A stretch of 64,000 nucleotides of DNA. Source: a phage. The DNA lies in NCBI GenBank assembly GCA_011915565.1, contig GCA_011915565.1_3920.1, one strand, 5' to 3'. Both the position numbers and the translations under genes were made by a program. The notes beneath the pieces are model-generated. The model worked only from the letters and a program-made list of their open reading frames with translations, was not told the origin of the DNA and searched no databases. Below, piece by piece: positions 1 through 9,867 of this stretch. Positions within the stretch are counted from its first letter, which is position 1; each line of letters opens with the position of its first letter.

Positions 1-1159
1 AAAAGACCTTAACGAATGGTGGACAAAGTTCTATAAAGAGAAAGACACAGTTCTTGAAGGGTTTAAGCAGCGTATCTACAATGCGCCCCGTTACTGCCCT
101 GCTGGTATCAAGAACTTCGCAGATGGTTTTGAGGCAATGAAGAATCGTGGTCAGATTCCATTGATTCCTTTCCCAGAATCTTTCGGAGATTTGAACAGGC
201 TGACTTATGGCGGTTATGGTTTAGGTGAGATTACAACTCTGGCAGCACCATCTTCAGTGGGTAAATCAGCATACACTCGTGAAATGATTTATACTGCTTG
301 GAAAGATACCGATTACAATATTGGTGTAATTCCGGTCGAAGATACCTATGAAGAGTTGATGGAGATGCTCTGTGCAATCCACCTCAGCAAGCAGATTTCT
401 GAGATTCCTTATGACGAACGTGATTGGGATGAATTGAAGGAAGCACATGCAGAGCTATCTAAAGGTCGTCGTATCCACATCGTAGACCATCAAGGTGCAA
501 TTGACCAAGATAACCTGCTGGAATTTGTTGACTATCTTGTTAACAGTTTAGACTGTAAGATTATTATTCTTGACCCTATCACGTTAGCTCTGTCACGTTC
601 AGATACGGATGAAGAGGAAGTTTTGTCTGAGCTATTGCGTCGTTGCAAACGCTACCAGTATGCGCAGGTAAACGTATGTCACGTTCGTAAGAGTGCAGGT
701 GGTCAGAAAGCTAACTCTGAAGGTGGGGATATCTCTGAAGAGGATATCAAGGGTTCTGGTGCGTATTTCCAGATTTCCATGAATAATATTTTGTTAATGC
801 GTAACAAGGTTGACCCAGACCCTGTTAAGAAAAACTTGACAAAAATCAAGTTAACTAAATGTCGTCGTCACGGTAAGTCAACGGGTATTGCTGGTCATAC
901 TTGGTACAATCCAGATACAGGGCGTCTCATTAAAGCATCTGGTTGTGGAGTTGACATTGATGGTGCAGCAGAAAATATCCGTCAACAGTTTGGTATTGGT
1001 GAGGCTGAAGACCATTACGATGACTCTTTGCCACATTATGAGGATGAAGTGTTTGACCGTGAGACTGGTGGAGTCTATACTGAAGAACAACGTCAAAGCT
1101 CAACGATTCCACCTGTATTAAGTGAGGATGCAGATGACTGCCCGTTTGAAACTGAGTGA
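1..1159 (+). CDS. DnaB-family replicative helicase (possibly primase-helicase), 5' end outside window
   Basis: Frame is open from position 2 to the listed start at 137; Walker A-like LAAPSSVGKS in a RecA-like core resembling T7 gp4 / DnaB C-terminal domain. Confidence 0.75.
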   Translation, partial: KDLNEWWTKFYKEKDTVLEGFKQRIYNAPRYCPAGIKNFADGFEAMKNRGQIPLIPFPESFGDLNRLTYGGYGLGEITTLAAPSSVGKSAYTREMIYTAWKDTDYNIGVIPVEDTYEELMEMLCAIHLSKQISEIPYDERDWDELKEAHAELSKGRRIHIVDHQGAIDQDNLLEFVDYLVNSLDCKIIILDPITLALSRSDTDEEEVLSELLRRCKRYQYAQVNVCHVRKSAGGQKANSEGGDISEEDIKGSGAYFQISMNNILLMRNKVDPDPVKKNLTKIKLTKCRRHGKSTGIAGHTWYNPDTGRLIKASGCGVDIDGAAENIRQQFGIGEAEDHYDDSLPHYEDEVFDRETGGVYTEEQRQSSTIPPVLSEDADDCPFETE

Positions 1160-1411
1160 TAGTTATAAAAGAGAGGGGTTCACACCCTTCTTTGAAGAAA
1201 AAAGTTTAAATAAATTTCAGGAAGAGTGTTTGACAAAGATTGATAGGTTCTATAGAATGCTCTACATGAAATGTGATGGGGGTGTTGAGGTAGAAGAAAA
1301 GTTCCATCACAGTATTATCACAGTCACTATTACTATACCTGAACATAATATTGGTTGGCTGTTTATAATGAAAGAAAATGTGTTTGAATATCAAGTATAT
1401 CGGAGAATATC

Positions 1412-1561
1412 ATGAAACACTCTAAAGCATTTGAAAAAGTTTTTGGGGACTCTTTAAAAGCCACTGCTGGAAAACCAGCAAAATACTATGAAGAAAAACG
1501 TGTAAGAACTGGAAAAACTGCACGTAAAGCAGCTTCTAAAGATAAGCACAACTTCCAGTAA
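1412..1561 (+). CDS. small basic hypothetical protein (49 aa)
   Basis: ATG preceded by GGAG about 6 nt upstream; below the 60-aa ORF-track cutoff; Lys/Arg-rich. Confidence 0.3.
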   Translation: MKHSKAFEKVFGDSLKATAGKPAKYYEEKRVRTGKTARKAASKDKHNFQ

Positions 1562-1568
1562 TTAATGT

Positions 1569-1597
1569 TTGACAATAGAGTATCAACAAATTAGAAT
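1569..1597 (+). promoter_or_regulatory. sigma70-like promoter (TTGACA-17-TAGAAT)
   Basis: Near-consensus -35 and -10 hexamers with 17-nt spacer, 37 nt upstream of the 1634 ORF. Confidence 0.55.
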
Positions 1598-1633
1598 TGG
1601 TACTCTTCATAAATTGAGATAGAGGTTTAAATA

Positions 1634-2491
1634 ATGTCTAAAGTTGTTAAAATGAAAGCTCCGGTAGAGAAGTACAATGGTACTGAACGTCAAACTCTGC
1701 GTTACCTGCTGAAAGATGTCTGGTTTTATTACCTGAATACTTCACCACGTCCGGGAAAAGGTAAGTCTATTGATAAGAAATTCCCAGGAAAAGATTGTAA
1801 CTACAGCGTTTCAATTCTGGCAGAAGATGGTAACAAGCTGTTTAAAGAGTTTACTAAGTCTAAGAAAAACCCAGAAGGTTGGGATAAAGTTACCACTGAA
1901 GCAGTTGATGCAGATGACTTCGAAGAGAAGTTTGGTTGCAAACCACCATTTGAAGCAGACACTTACTACATCTTGAAAGTAAGTCGTGCAGCAGCTTATA
2001 AAGATGGTGCTGTATGGACAGCTAAACAGTCATTCCCTGTAATGCTGATTGAAGAAGTAAATGGTAAGCGTGTAGCTGTTAAGCAGCCGATGAAGAAAAT
2101 CAAAGCTCAAGCATCTGACAAACATGAAGATGATAAGAACTATGATGTAATTCATCCAGATATTGCAGTTGGTAACGGTTCTTTTGGTAGTGTGATTCTT
2201 TCTACTCACTTCTACACTTTTGAGAACAATGTCTTGACAAAGCCTATTCAGGAACAGTTTATCATTGATACTCTTGTACCTTACACTGGTGGTAACGGTG
2301 CTAACGGTGAACCTGAACTGGATGAAGATGAACTGGCTATGCTTGGTCTTGATGGTGTCGAAGATAACGGTGAAATCACTGAAGAAGACGCAACAGACCA
2401 TAAATCTTCGAATGATTCTGATGATGGTGACGATGAAGACTTGCCAGACCCAGATGACGAAGAAGATGAAGACTTCGATACAGAAGACTAA
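1634..2491 (+). CDS. putative ssDNA-binding protein with acidic C-terminal tail
   Basis: 285 aa; C-terminus DDGDDEDLPDPDDEEDEDFDTED resembles acidic tails of phage SSBs (T7 gp2.5 / T4 gp32 style); follows helicase; good RBS. Confidence 0.6.
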   Translation: MSKVVKMKAPVEKYNGTERQTLRYLLKDVWFYYLNTSPRPGKGKSIDKKFPGKDCNYSVSILAEDGNKLFKEFTKSKKNPEGWDKVTTEAVDADDFEEKFGCKPPFEADTYYILKVSRAAAYKDGAVWTAKQSFPVMLIEEVNGKRVAVKQPMKKIKAQASDKHEDDKNYDVIHPDIAVGNGSFGSVILSTHFYTFENNVLTKPIQEQFIIDTLVPYTGGNGANGEPELDEDELAMLGLDGVEDNGEITEEDATDHKSSNDSDDGDDEDLPDPDDEEDEDFDTED

Positions 2492-2507
2492 TCTCTAAAA
2501 GTTACTT

Positions 2508-2536
2508 TAAAGCCCTGTACTTAGTATGGGGCTTTT
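2508..2536 (+). terminator. intrinsic terminator
   Basis: AAGCCC/GGGCTT stem followed by TTTTT. Confidence 0.6.
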
Positions 2537-2553
2537 TCATATGGAGAGCCATA

Positions 2554-3594
2554 ATGGAGAAGTACACATTAACAAAGCTTCCCGATTCAGTTACACATGT
2601 CTTTATTGACTCTGACAGCATTGCCTATAAAGGTGCTTGTGTAGTTGAGAAAGCAAAGTATAAATACGTTAATAAACTCACAGCAGAAGAATCTGAACCA
2701 TTTGATAATGCGAAAGATGCTGCAAGATGGTTAGCAGACCAGAGAATCCTTGTGGAAGAGCTTGGCCTGACATTTGATGAAGATGAATGGGAAAGACAGA
2801 CTTGGAAAGAAGCTAAGAGTGAAAAAGAAGCTATCATGGCTACTCAACAGGTGCTTCAGGAATGGCTTAAGGTTGTTGGGAAAGAGAGAACTTGGGTAGG
2901 CTATTTAACAGAGAAAGGTGTGCATAAACATAAAGACGTTAAAGGTCTTGAGCACCAATATCAAGGCAACCGTAAAGATGCTGTCACACCAACACACTTA
3001 GTTGCTTGTCGTGAATACCTTCTGTCAAGACCAGAGTTTAAGCTCTTAAAGGGGGGCTTCGAAGCCGATTCAATCGTAATCGCTAAAGCTGAAAAGATGG
3101 GTAAGAAAGCTGCTCTTATGAGTATTGACAAAGACCTTCGACAAGCTGAAGGAACTTATTGTATTGATATGACTTATGAAAAGTCACCACTAATTTTTAT
3201 TGCTGACAATAATGTTGGTGATATCTGGGATTGCCCTATCAAATCAAAACCAAAAGCTGCAAAAACAGTTGGCGTAGGTTTTAAATTCTTGTGTTATCAG
3301 GCTGTTGCTGGAGATAATGCAGACAACTACTTCGGCCTAAAAGGTGCTGGTAAAGTAGCTGTGATGAATGCTTTAGAGGGTAAAGAGACCTACAAAGAGT
3401 GTCTTGACGCTATCTATGAACTTTATGCTAAAAAAGATTCTTATACCTATGTGTCATGGGATGGACAGACTGTTACCAAAACACCATTAGAGTTAATGGA
3501 ACAGCATTTCTGGATAGCATATCAAGAGAGAAATCCAAAAGACAATTTCTCTTTCAAGAAATATAATTGGGAGCCGTGTATGAATGAAGATTAA
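2554..3594 (+). CDS. hypothetical protein, possible 5'-3' exonuclease/FEN-like nuclease
   Basis: 346 aa; N-terminal VFIDSDSIAYKGA resembles the acidic metal-binding start of T7 gp6-type exonucleases; tentative. Confidence 0.55.
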   Translation: MEKYTLTKLPDSVTHVFIDSDSIAYKGACVVEKAKYKYVNKLTAEESEPFDNAKDAARWLADQRILVEELGLTFDEDEWERQTWKEAKSEKEAIMATQQVLQEWLKVVGKERTWVGYLTEKGVHKHKDVKGLEHQYQGNRKDAVTPTHLVACREYLLSRPEFKLLKGGFEADSIVIAKAEKMGKKAALMSIDKDLRQAEGTYCIDMTYEKSPLIFIADNNVGDIWDCPIKSKPKAAKTVGVGFKFLCYQAVAGDNADNYFGLKGAGKVAVMNALEGKETYKECLDAIYELYAKKDSYTYVSWDGQTVTKTPLELMEQHFWIAYQERNPKDNFSFKKYNWEPCMNED

Positions 3595-4081
3595 AGGATT
3601 TGGCAATTGCCCCACCTACGGTCATTGGGTATCTTTATGTGGGGAAGTTGACCCCACTAAACATTTTGGCTTTGTCTATTTAGTGCACTGTAAGAAGACT
3701 GGACAATATTATATCGGAAAGAAACAGCTTAACAGCGTGACAAAAAGAAAAGTTGCTGGGAAGACTCGGAAGAAGGTAGTCACTAAGGAGAGTGATTGGA
3801 TGACTTACGAGACTTCTTCTGAGTATATTAAAAAAGATATTGAGAGCTTTGGAAAAGAATTTTTTGACTTTTACATCATTCAGACCTACTACACAAAAGG
3901 TGGCCTAGTCTATGGTGAAGCAAACCTTCAACATAAATTCGATGTAATGACAAAAAGGATTGACTCGAAGCTCAGACTCTTCTACAATGCCAATATTGCA
4001 GCAATTAAGTTTATTACTAAAGAAACTTATGAAGATGCTGAAAAAAGAATCCATAAGGTAATGAAAGCAAATTGTGCTTGA
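3584..4081 (+). CDS. GIY-YIG-like nuclease domain protein
   Basis: 165 aa; FGFVYLVHCKKTGQYYIGKK matches the GIY...YIG motif spacing; could be endonuclease II-like or a small homing endonuclease. Confidence 0.5.
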   Translation: MKIKGFGNCPTYGHWVSLCGEVDPTKHFGFVYLVHCKKTGQYYIGKKQLNSVTKRKVAGKTRKKVVTKESDWMTYETSSEYIKKDIESFGKEFFDFYIIQTYYTKGGLVYGEANLQHKFDVMTKRIDSKLRLFYNANIAAIKFITKETYEDAEKRIHKVMKANCA

Positions 4082-4102
4082 TAACTATTGAGAGAGAATA
4101 AA

Positions 4103-4351
4103 ATGTTTAACAAAAGCAAAGCTGTGAATTATGTAGCAAAAGTTGACAGTAAGATTGAAGAACTTGAGCGCATTCTTGCAAATGCTAGAGAATCAATAAT
4201 TAAAGAAGTTGAAGCTGTTGAATCACAAATGCAGCACCTAATGCTTAAACGCCAAGAGCTACGTGAGCATCTAGAATATATTGAAACACGAGAGCTAAAA
4301 GTTAACAGATATTTTAAGGAGTCCGAATGTTTAACTCAAGAGAATCAGTAA
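4103..4351 (+). CDS. hypothetical protein (coiled-coil)
   Basis: Track start at 4088 is TTG; first ATG at 4103 chosen. Confidence 0.5.
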   Translation: MFNKSKAVNYVAKVDSKIEELERILANARESIIKEVEAVESQMQHLMLKRQELREHLEYIETRELKVNRYFKESECLTQENQ

Positions 4352-5082
4352 AAAACTGGAACCTTCGTTGTGGAAACACTCAAAAGCAACCTTACAGTAA
4401 TGAGTATTGGGAATCTTTAAAATCTCAATCTCTGTGTATGCTTGAAGAAGCAAAAGAGCTTGTAAAAGCAATTGAAGAGAAAGACCCCATTGAGACATTG
4501 GATGCTCAGGTAGATTTGCAATATGTTCTTAACGGTTTGATTTACCTGTCACAACATGACCACAACGGTGCTATGGAAGCTGTTTGCCATAATAATGACC
4601 TGAAGTACACAGATGACTATGAAGAAGCTTTAAAACGTCTTGCAGACATTGAAAAGCGTACTGGTCAAGAGTGTATTATTCGAATGTCAGTGGTTGATGG
4701 TAAAGAGTGGTATGCGATTGTCCGTGCAGCCGATGGGAAGATTATGAAGCAATCAAATCTCCCTAAAGTACAGCTTGGTGAATACATTGTAGAGCTTGAA
4801 AGCCAAGAACTTTTTGTGGTAGTATCTGAGACATGCGTTATCTGCAAAGGTATTGTAGGTAGCTTAAAGGATTTGGGTGTAGATGGTTTTGTAGAAGTTA
4901 ATCCAATTACCTCTAAAGCAGATAAAGACTTCTGTAAAGAGAATGGACTATGGATTGCAGATATTGTCTACTATGATGGTGAGCAGTTCCATGTAACCTC
5001 ATACCCGAAACTGAATTATGATGCTAATAACCTGAAGTGCTGGTTAAAAGGGGTTGGTTATAATGGATTCACAGAACATTAA
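4327..5082 (+). CDS. hypothetical protein
   Basis: 251 aa ORF; AAGGAG RBS 7 nt upstream of ATG. Confidence 0.65.
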   Translation: MFNSRESVKNWNLRCGNTQKQPYSNEYWESLKSQSLCMLEEAKELVKAIEEKDPIETLDAQVDLQYVLNGLIYLSQHDHNGAMEAVCHNNDLKYTDDYEEALKRLADIEKRTGQECIIRMSVVDGKEWYAIVRAADGKIMKQSNLPKVQLGEYIVELESQELFVVVSETCVICKGIVGSLKDLGVDGFVEVNPITSKADKDFCKENGLWIADIVYYDGEQFHVTSYPKLNYDANNLKCWLKGVGYNGFTEH

Positions 5083-5386
5083 TAAAGAGGGTGTGGCTCA
5101 GAAGAGCCACTTCTCAAACTACAATATTTCTATGACGGTGTTTATGAATGACCCGTTACTTGAAAAGTATGGTGAGACTCCAGATACACTTCTGGATAAT
5201 GAACAAGTTTTAAAAGCAGTCCTGTACAAATACGGGATTGACATTGAGAAAGAGTATTCTTTTGAAATCTGCCAACACAGGAATACTTTTGGTAAAGTTG
5301 TGATGGCTCCACTTTTTATGGGTGTAGAAAGGACTGACTACGGTTGGTTATATCTAAAAAGAAACTTGGAGAAATACCGTGTTTAA
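5063..5386 (+). CDS. hypothetical protein
   Basis: Track start 5054 is TTG; ATG at 5063 chosen. Confidence 0.5.
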   Translation: MDSQNINKEGVAQKSHFSNYNISMTVFMNDPLLEKYGETPDTLLDNEQVLKAVLYKYGIDIEKEYSFEICQHRNTFGKVVMAPLFMGVERTDYGWLYLKRNLEKYRV

Positions 5387-5714
5387 AGCAAAGAAGTTAG
5401 ATTACGATGACATTATCTCAGGTGCTAAATTAGGTGTTGATAGTATCGGACAAGATGTTAAGCACGGGGACACAGTTATGTACTGTGATGACCGAAGAGG
5501 AAGAAGTGCAATCTTGTTTGGAAAAGTTGTATGTAAAATACGCGGTAATTATGTTGTTTCAGATATGGATGGCAACGTCGCACAAAAGCTCAAAATAATC
5601 ATGGATAGCAAGACTCCATCATGGCTCTTAAATTGTATGCACGCTTCGTCTATCACAAAAGTAAGTGATAAGTTTTACGATATGTGGCAGAATGAGCAAA
5701 TTTTCAAGATTTAA
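5379..5714 (+). CDS. hypothetical protein
   Basis: GTG start with GGAG upstream; followed by a strong terminator. Confidence 0.5.
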   Translation: MFKAKKLDYDDIISGAKLGVDSIGQDVKHGDTVMYCDDRRGRSAILFGKVVCKIRGNYVVSDMDGNVAQKLKIIMDSKTPSWLLNCMHASSITKVSDKFYDMWQNEQIFKI

Positions 5715-5719
5715 ACTAG

Positions 5720-5743
5720 GGAGCCTCTTCGGAGGCTCTTTTC
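5720..5743 (+). terminator. intrinsic terminator
   Basis: GAGCCTC-TTCG-GAGGCTC hairpin plus TTTT. Confidence 0.75.
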
Positions 5744-5760
5744 ATCTGTAGGATTAGAAA

Positions 5761-7995
5761 ATGATTAAGACAATTAAAAAATCAAATGGTACAGTAGTAA
5801 GCTTTGACCCAGAAAGACTGAATAAGTGGGCATCATGGGCAGATAAACGTGGAATTATCTGGTCAGAAGTCACTATGGAAGCTATGAAACGTGTCTATGA
5901 GGGTTGCACTACAAAAGAGATGCACCAAGCCATGATTGATGTTTGTGTTGATAAACAAACTCAAGAGTACTCAGATATGGCTGGACGACTGCTTTTGGGT
6001 ATTATCTACAAAGAAGCCTTTGGAGGCTTTACTAAGGTTCCTACGCTGATTACCTTCGTTAAAAATATGGAGAGAGCAGGACTTTGGGAGAAGATGGATT
6101 ATTCACAGGAAGAGCTTGAATACCTGCAAGGTTACATCGTGCACTCAAAAGATATCTCTTACGGTTATGCAGTCTTGAAACAGTTCAGAGACAAGTACGG
6201 TATCCGTGATATTAAAACGGGAAGACTGTTTGAGTCACCACAATTTATGTTCATGGGTATGGCTATGAAAGCCTTTGAGAAGCAACCAAAGCACCGTAGA
6301 CTGCAAGATGTTATCAAGCTGTACACTTACCTATCTGACCTGAAGATTAACGCTCCTACGCCCTATTTAAACGGGTTAAGAGCAACTAAATCAGGTTATG
6401 CGTCATGCTGTTTGATTAAGGCAAATGACACTGCTGAATCACTTGGTATTGCTGCAAAGGTTGCTTATGATATGACTACAAAGCAAGCTGGTATTGGTAT
6501 GCTTATGGAGACTCGCACTATTGGTGATGGTATCCGTCAAAATACTATTGAGCACATGGGTAAGCTACCTTATTACAAGCTTGTACGTTCATCTGTAGAG
6601 GCAAATAAACAGAAGAGCCGTGGTGGTTCAGCTAATAACTTCTACACTGCTCTAGACCCGCAGATTGAAGATTTACTGCGTTTGAAGCACCCTACAACGG
6701 TTCCTTCTAAACGTATTAATGAGATGGACTATTCATTCGGCACAAACGATTATTTCTGGCAGTGTGTTCAGTATGATACAGATTGGTTGCTATTCTCTTA
6801 CAAAGATGCACCAAAACTCTATGACATGTTCTACACAGCATCTGCTGATGAGTTTGCTATGGCAGTTGGTCATGCAGTACATTCAGGTGTTAAGCACAGA
6901 CGGGTAAAGGCTCGTGAAATTGCTAAGCTGTTTATTCAACAGCGTTATGCTACAGGTCGTGTGTATCCATTCTTCACTAACAATGTAAACACACATACAC
7001 CATTTAAAGAACCATTGAAGATGTCAAATCTTTGTATGGAAATTGTATTGCCAGTGTATGGTTTTGAGAAAGAGACAGACCTTTACAGAGATGATGCTGT
7101 GAAAGAGGATGGTGAGGTGGCTCTTTGCTTCCTAGCTAGTTTGGTTGCAGGGAGAATTTCAGAAGATGAATACGCTGACGTTGCTTATTATGCTCTTGCA
7201 ATGGTTGACTCCGTTATTGACCTTATGGATTATCCGTATCCGTCGATGCGTAACCATGTTCAGAAGCGTCGTTCTGTTGGGATTGGCCTTACAAATGTGG
7301 CTCATTACCTTGCGAAGAACTACGTGAACTACTCTTCACGAGCAGGTAAGACAAAGCTTCATGAACTTGCAGAGATGCACTCTTACTACTTACACGAAGC
7401 CTCTCTGAGACTTGCTAAAGAACGTGGTGTACCTGAGTATATGCAGTTCACTAAGTATCCTGAAGGTTGGGTTCCTCCGAAGACAGCTAACAGGAAGATT
7501 GATGAGAAGCATGATGCAAAGCTTCGTTATGATTGGGATGACTTAGCACAACGTATTAAAGAAAATGGTGGAATCCGAAACTCTGTATTAGAAGCTTACA
7601 TGCCTAATGAGAGTTCTTCACTGGCAACTAATACGACAAATGGCTTGTATCCAATTCGTGACTTTATTTTAACTAAAAAGTCTGCAACTGGTAACGTACT
7701 GTTTATTGTTCCAGATTATGAAGAGTTGAAGTATGTCTATGAAATTGCTTGGGATATTGACACCTTTGATATGATTGATTGTTATGCAATTGTTCAAAAG
7801 TTCACTGGTCAAGCTATCTCTTCAGACTTCTATGTTGACTATGCAAAGTCTAAGAAGGTATCATTGGCTCAAGCTCTGAAGTACATGATTTATGCCAACT
7901 CGGTAGGTATGAAAACCATGTACTATCTTAACAGTCGCATTGGTGTAGGTAAATCTGCACTGCAAGATGCTTATTGCGAGGGTTGTGGTGTTTAG
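5761..7995 (+). CDS. nrdA: ribonucleotide reductase class I large subunit
   Basis: 744 aa; N-terminal ATP-cone-like region (VSFDPERLNKW), active-site-like CCLIKAND, C-terminal CEGCG tail. Confidence 0.85.
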   Translation: MIKTIKKSNGTVVSFDPERLNKWASWADKRGIIWSEVTMEAMKRVYEGCTTKEMHQAMIDVCVDKQTQEYSDMAGRLLLGIIYKEAFGGFTKVPTLITFVKNMERAGLWEKMDYSQEELEYLQGYIVHSKDISYGYAVLKQFRDKYGIRDIKTGRLFESPQFMFMGMAMKAFEKQPKHRRLQDVIKLYTYLSDLKINAPTPYLNGLRATKSGYASCCLIKANDTAESLGIAAKVAYDMTTKQAGIGMLMETRTIGDGIRQNTIEHMGKLPYYKLVRSSVEANKQKSRGGSANNFYTALDPQIEDLLRLKHPTTVPSKRINEMDYSFGTNDYFWQCVQYDTDWLLFSYKDAPKLYDMFYTASADEFAMAVGHAVHSGVKHRRVKAREIAKLFIQQRYATGRVYPFFTNNVNTHTPFKEPLKMSNLCMEIVLPVYGFEKETDLYRDDAVKEDGEVALCFLASLVAGRISEDEYADVAYYALAMVDSVIDLMDYPYPSMRNHVQKRRSVGIGLTNVAHYLAKNYVNYSSRAGKTKLHELAEMHSYYLHEASLRLAKERGVPEYMQFTKYPEGWVPPKTANRKIDEKHDAKLRYDWDDLAQRIKENGGIRNSVLEAYMPNESSSLATNTTNGLYPIRDFILTKKSATGNVLFIVPDYEELKYVYEIAWDIDTFDMIDCYAIVQKFTGQAISSDFYVDYAKSKKVSLAQALKYMIYANSVGMKTMYYLNSRIGVGKSALQDAYCEGCGV

Positions 7996-8050
7996 TTTTA
8001 ACAACTATGAGGGTCGTAAAAGACCCTCTAAAAATAACTTTGGAGAGAGT

Positions 8051-8308
8051 ATGAAGGACTTAATAGCAAATCATGAGTGGCCAATTTATCTGTTCTACAA
8101 ACCTCGGAAAACGTTGTACTATGTAAGTAGCACAGATATGATGATAAAACAAAATGATGACTCATGGGTCGATGGTGTGTCATACATCTCTACAGCAGAT
8201 GGTAAAATCTATGCAAGACCATATGAAATGTTCAATGAAGAAAATTGGGAAGTTCTAGACCGAAAACAAGCCTTAGAAATGATAAAGAAAGGAGAAATCA
8301 CACTATGA
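8051..8308 (+). CDS. hypothetical protein
   Basis: ORF listed from 7967 overlaps nrdA; in-frame ATG at 8051 with GGAGAGAG RBS is the likelier start. Confidence 0.5.
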   Translation: MKDLIANHEWPIYLFYKPRKTLYYVSSTDMMIKQNDDSWVDGVSYISTADGKIYARPYEMFNEENWEVLDRKQALEMIKKGEITL

Positions 8309-9378
8309 TTAACCAACACCCAATCTTTTTAGGTGGTGAGAGAAAGACATTTGACTCACTTAATAAACACTACCCAAAAATCTTTGAGCTATATAAACAA
8401 CAAAAAGCGCAAGACTGGTCAGAAGATGAGTTTCCTTTTGAACAATCACGTCTTGATTTTGAGAGTGTGCCAGCATCAATGTCAGGTGTAATGCTTGAGA
8501 TTCTTAAGTGGCAGTGGGAAGCAGATACCCAAGTTGCTAAGAGCTTGGCATTCGCCTTTGCACCATTCATCTCTGATGACATCTATGCAACTGCAATTAT
8601 GAAGCAGTCTGAGATTGAAAACCTACATGCTCTTACTTACTCAGAGATTGTAAGGCAATGTATTAAAAACCCTGAAACAATCTTAGATGAGATTAACCAG
8701 AATGTTGCTGTGCAAGACCGATTAAAAACCGTGAATCGTGTTCTTGAAGAATTACTGGATGAAGGTATAAACTATCGCCTGAGTTATGTCCGTGATTCAC
8801 TTCTGGACAAAGACCCTTTACACTTCCATAAAGCGATTCTGAAAGGGCTGTTTGCAGTGACTGCACTTGAAGGTATATCTTTTATGGCATCCTTTGCATG
8901 TACTTTTGCACTTGATGCTCAAGATAAATTTCAGGGTATTGCTCAAGCTGTCCAGAAAATTATGCTTGACGAAATCCTTCACACTAAAATTGATATTGAA
9001 GTTTTAAAAGAAACTTTAAGAGATGATGAGTGGCAGAAAGCTTTTCAACAAATTCTTCCAGAGATTAAAGTAATCTTAGATGAAGTAGTTGAAAGTGAAG
9101 AGAAATGGTCGTATTATATCTTCTCCGAAGGACGTGCTGTAGTTGGCTTAAATACAAAGCTTCTTCATGAGTGGGTTTACTATAATGCTGCCCCACTGTA
9201 TGATATGTTTGGCATTCCCAGAGATTTTGTAGCTCCTAAAGAACCACCTTTGAAGTATATGATTAAGAAGATGGAAATTGATAAAGAGCAGAATGCTAAT
9301 CAGGAGCAACAGAACGGTGCGTACCTGTTGAATACTGTTGTAGATGATTTGAATAGTGGATTTTTAGAGGTTCCTTAA
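8305..9378 (+). CDS. nrdB: ribonucleotide reductase class I small subunit
   Basis: Listed ORF starts 8245; in-frame ATG at 8305 with AAAGGAGAAA RBS; size and position after nrdA fit R2 subunit. Confidence 0.75.
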   Translation: MINQHPIFLGGERKTFDSLNKHYPKIFELYKQQKAQDWSEDEFPFEQSRLDFESVPASMSGVMLEILKWQWEADTQVAKSLAFAFAPFISDDIYATAIMKQSEIENLHALTYSEIVRQCIKNPETILDEINQNVAVQDRLKTVNRVLEELLDEGINYRLSYVRDSLLDKDPLHFHKAILKGLFAVTALEGISFMASFACTFALDAQDKFQGIAQAVQKIMLDEILHTKIDIEVLKETLRDDEWQKAFQQILPEIKVILDEVVESEEKWSYYIFSEGRAVVGLNTKLLHEWVYYNAAPLYDMFGIPRDFVAPKEPPLKYMIKKMEIDKEQNANQEQQNGAYLLNTVVDDLNSGFLEVP

Positions 9379-9620
9379 TGACTTATGTGATTTACTCCAA
9401 AACTGGATGCCATCAGTGTGAGACTGCAAAGAATTTTGCAAAAGCTCGTGGTATTGACCATGTTGTGAGAATGTTAGGGCAGGATTATGAACTGTCAGAC
9501 CTGATGGATATTGCACAGATGCCAGTTCGTCAGATGCCGTTCATCATGAAAACTGATGGACAAAACCTAAAACCTGTTGGAACGCTACAGAATTTTATGG
9601 CAGAGGTGAATAATGCTTAA
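9378..9620 (+). CDS. nrdH: glutaredoxin/NrdH-like redoxin
   Basis: 80 aa; CHQC (CxxC) near N-terminus; sits between nrdB and nrdD. Confidence 0.65.
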   Translation: MTYVIYSKTGCHQCETAKNFAKARGIDHVVRMLGQDYELSDLMDIAQMPVRQMPFIMKTDGQNLKPVGTLQNFMAEVNNA

Positions 9621-9819
9621 ACGCCTTTGGGAAGGTTTGGTTGTTGATGCACCAGCTATTGTGATTGGTATGCTTGTTGTTAACCTATTTACTGATTTTG
9701 AACAAGGTTCATTGTTTGGGGCCATGTTACTATGGGTTATCTTTGAAATATTAGAGATACAGCTAGGCATCACTGAAAAACTGAGAAAACTCGTTTCTAA
9801 GTTTTCTAAAAAGATTTAA
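9613..9819 (+). CDS. small membrane protein
   Basis: 68 aa with two hydrophobic helices; followed by terminator. Confidence 0.45.
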   Translation: MLKRLWEGLVVDAPAIVIGMLVVNLFTDFEQGSLFGAMLLWVIFEILEIQLGITEKLRKLVSKFSKKI

Positions 9820-9826
9820 AATGAAA

Positions 9827-9848
9827 GGGTCTCTTCGGAGACCTTTTT
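9827..9848 (+). terminator. intrinsic terminator
   Basis: GGGTCTC-TTCG-GAGACC hairpin plus TTTTT. Confidence 0.75.
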
Positions 9849-9867
9849 AGCATGTAAAGGGGCAATA

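Noticed and set aside
1122-1415. 97-aa plus-strand ORF overlapping the helicase 3' end
   Set aside because: Starts inside the helicase in another frame with no RBS; the 49-aa ORF at 1412-1561 with a GGAG RBS is the likelier gene in this gap.
2030-2401. 123-aa minus-strand ORF
   Set aside because: Antisense within the SSB-like gene; no RBS.
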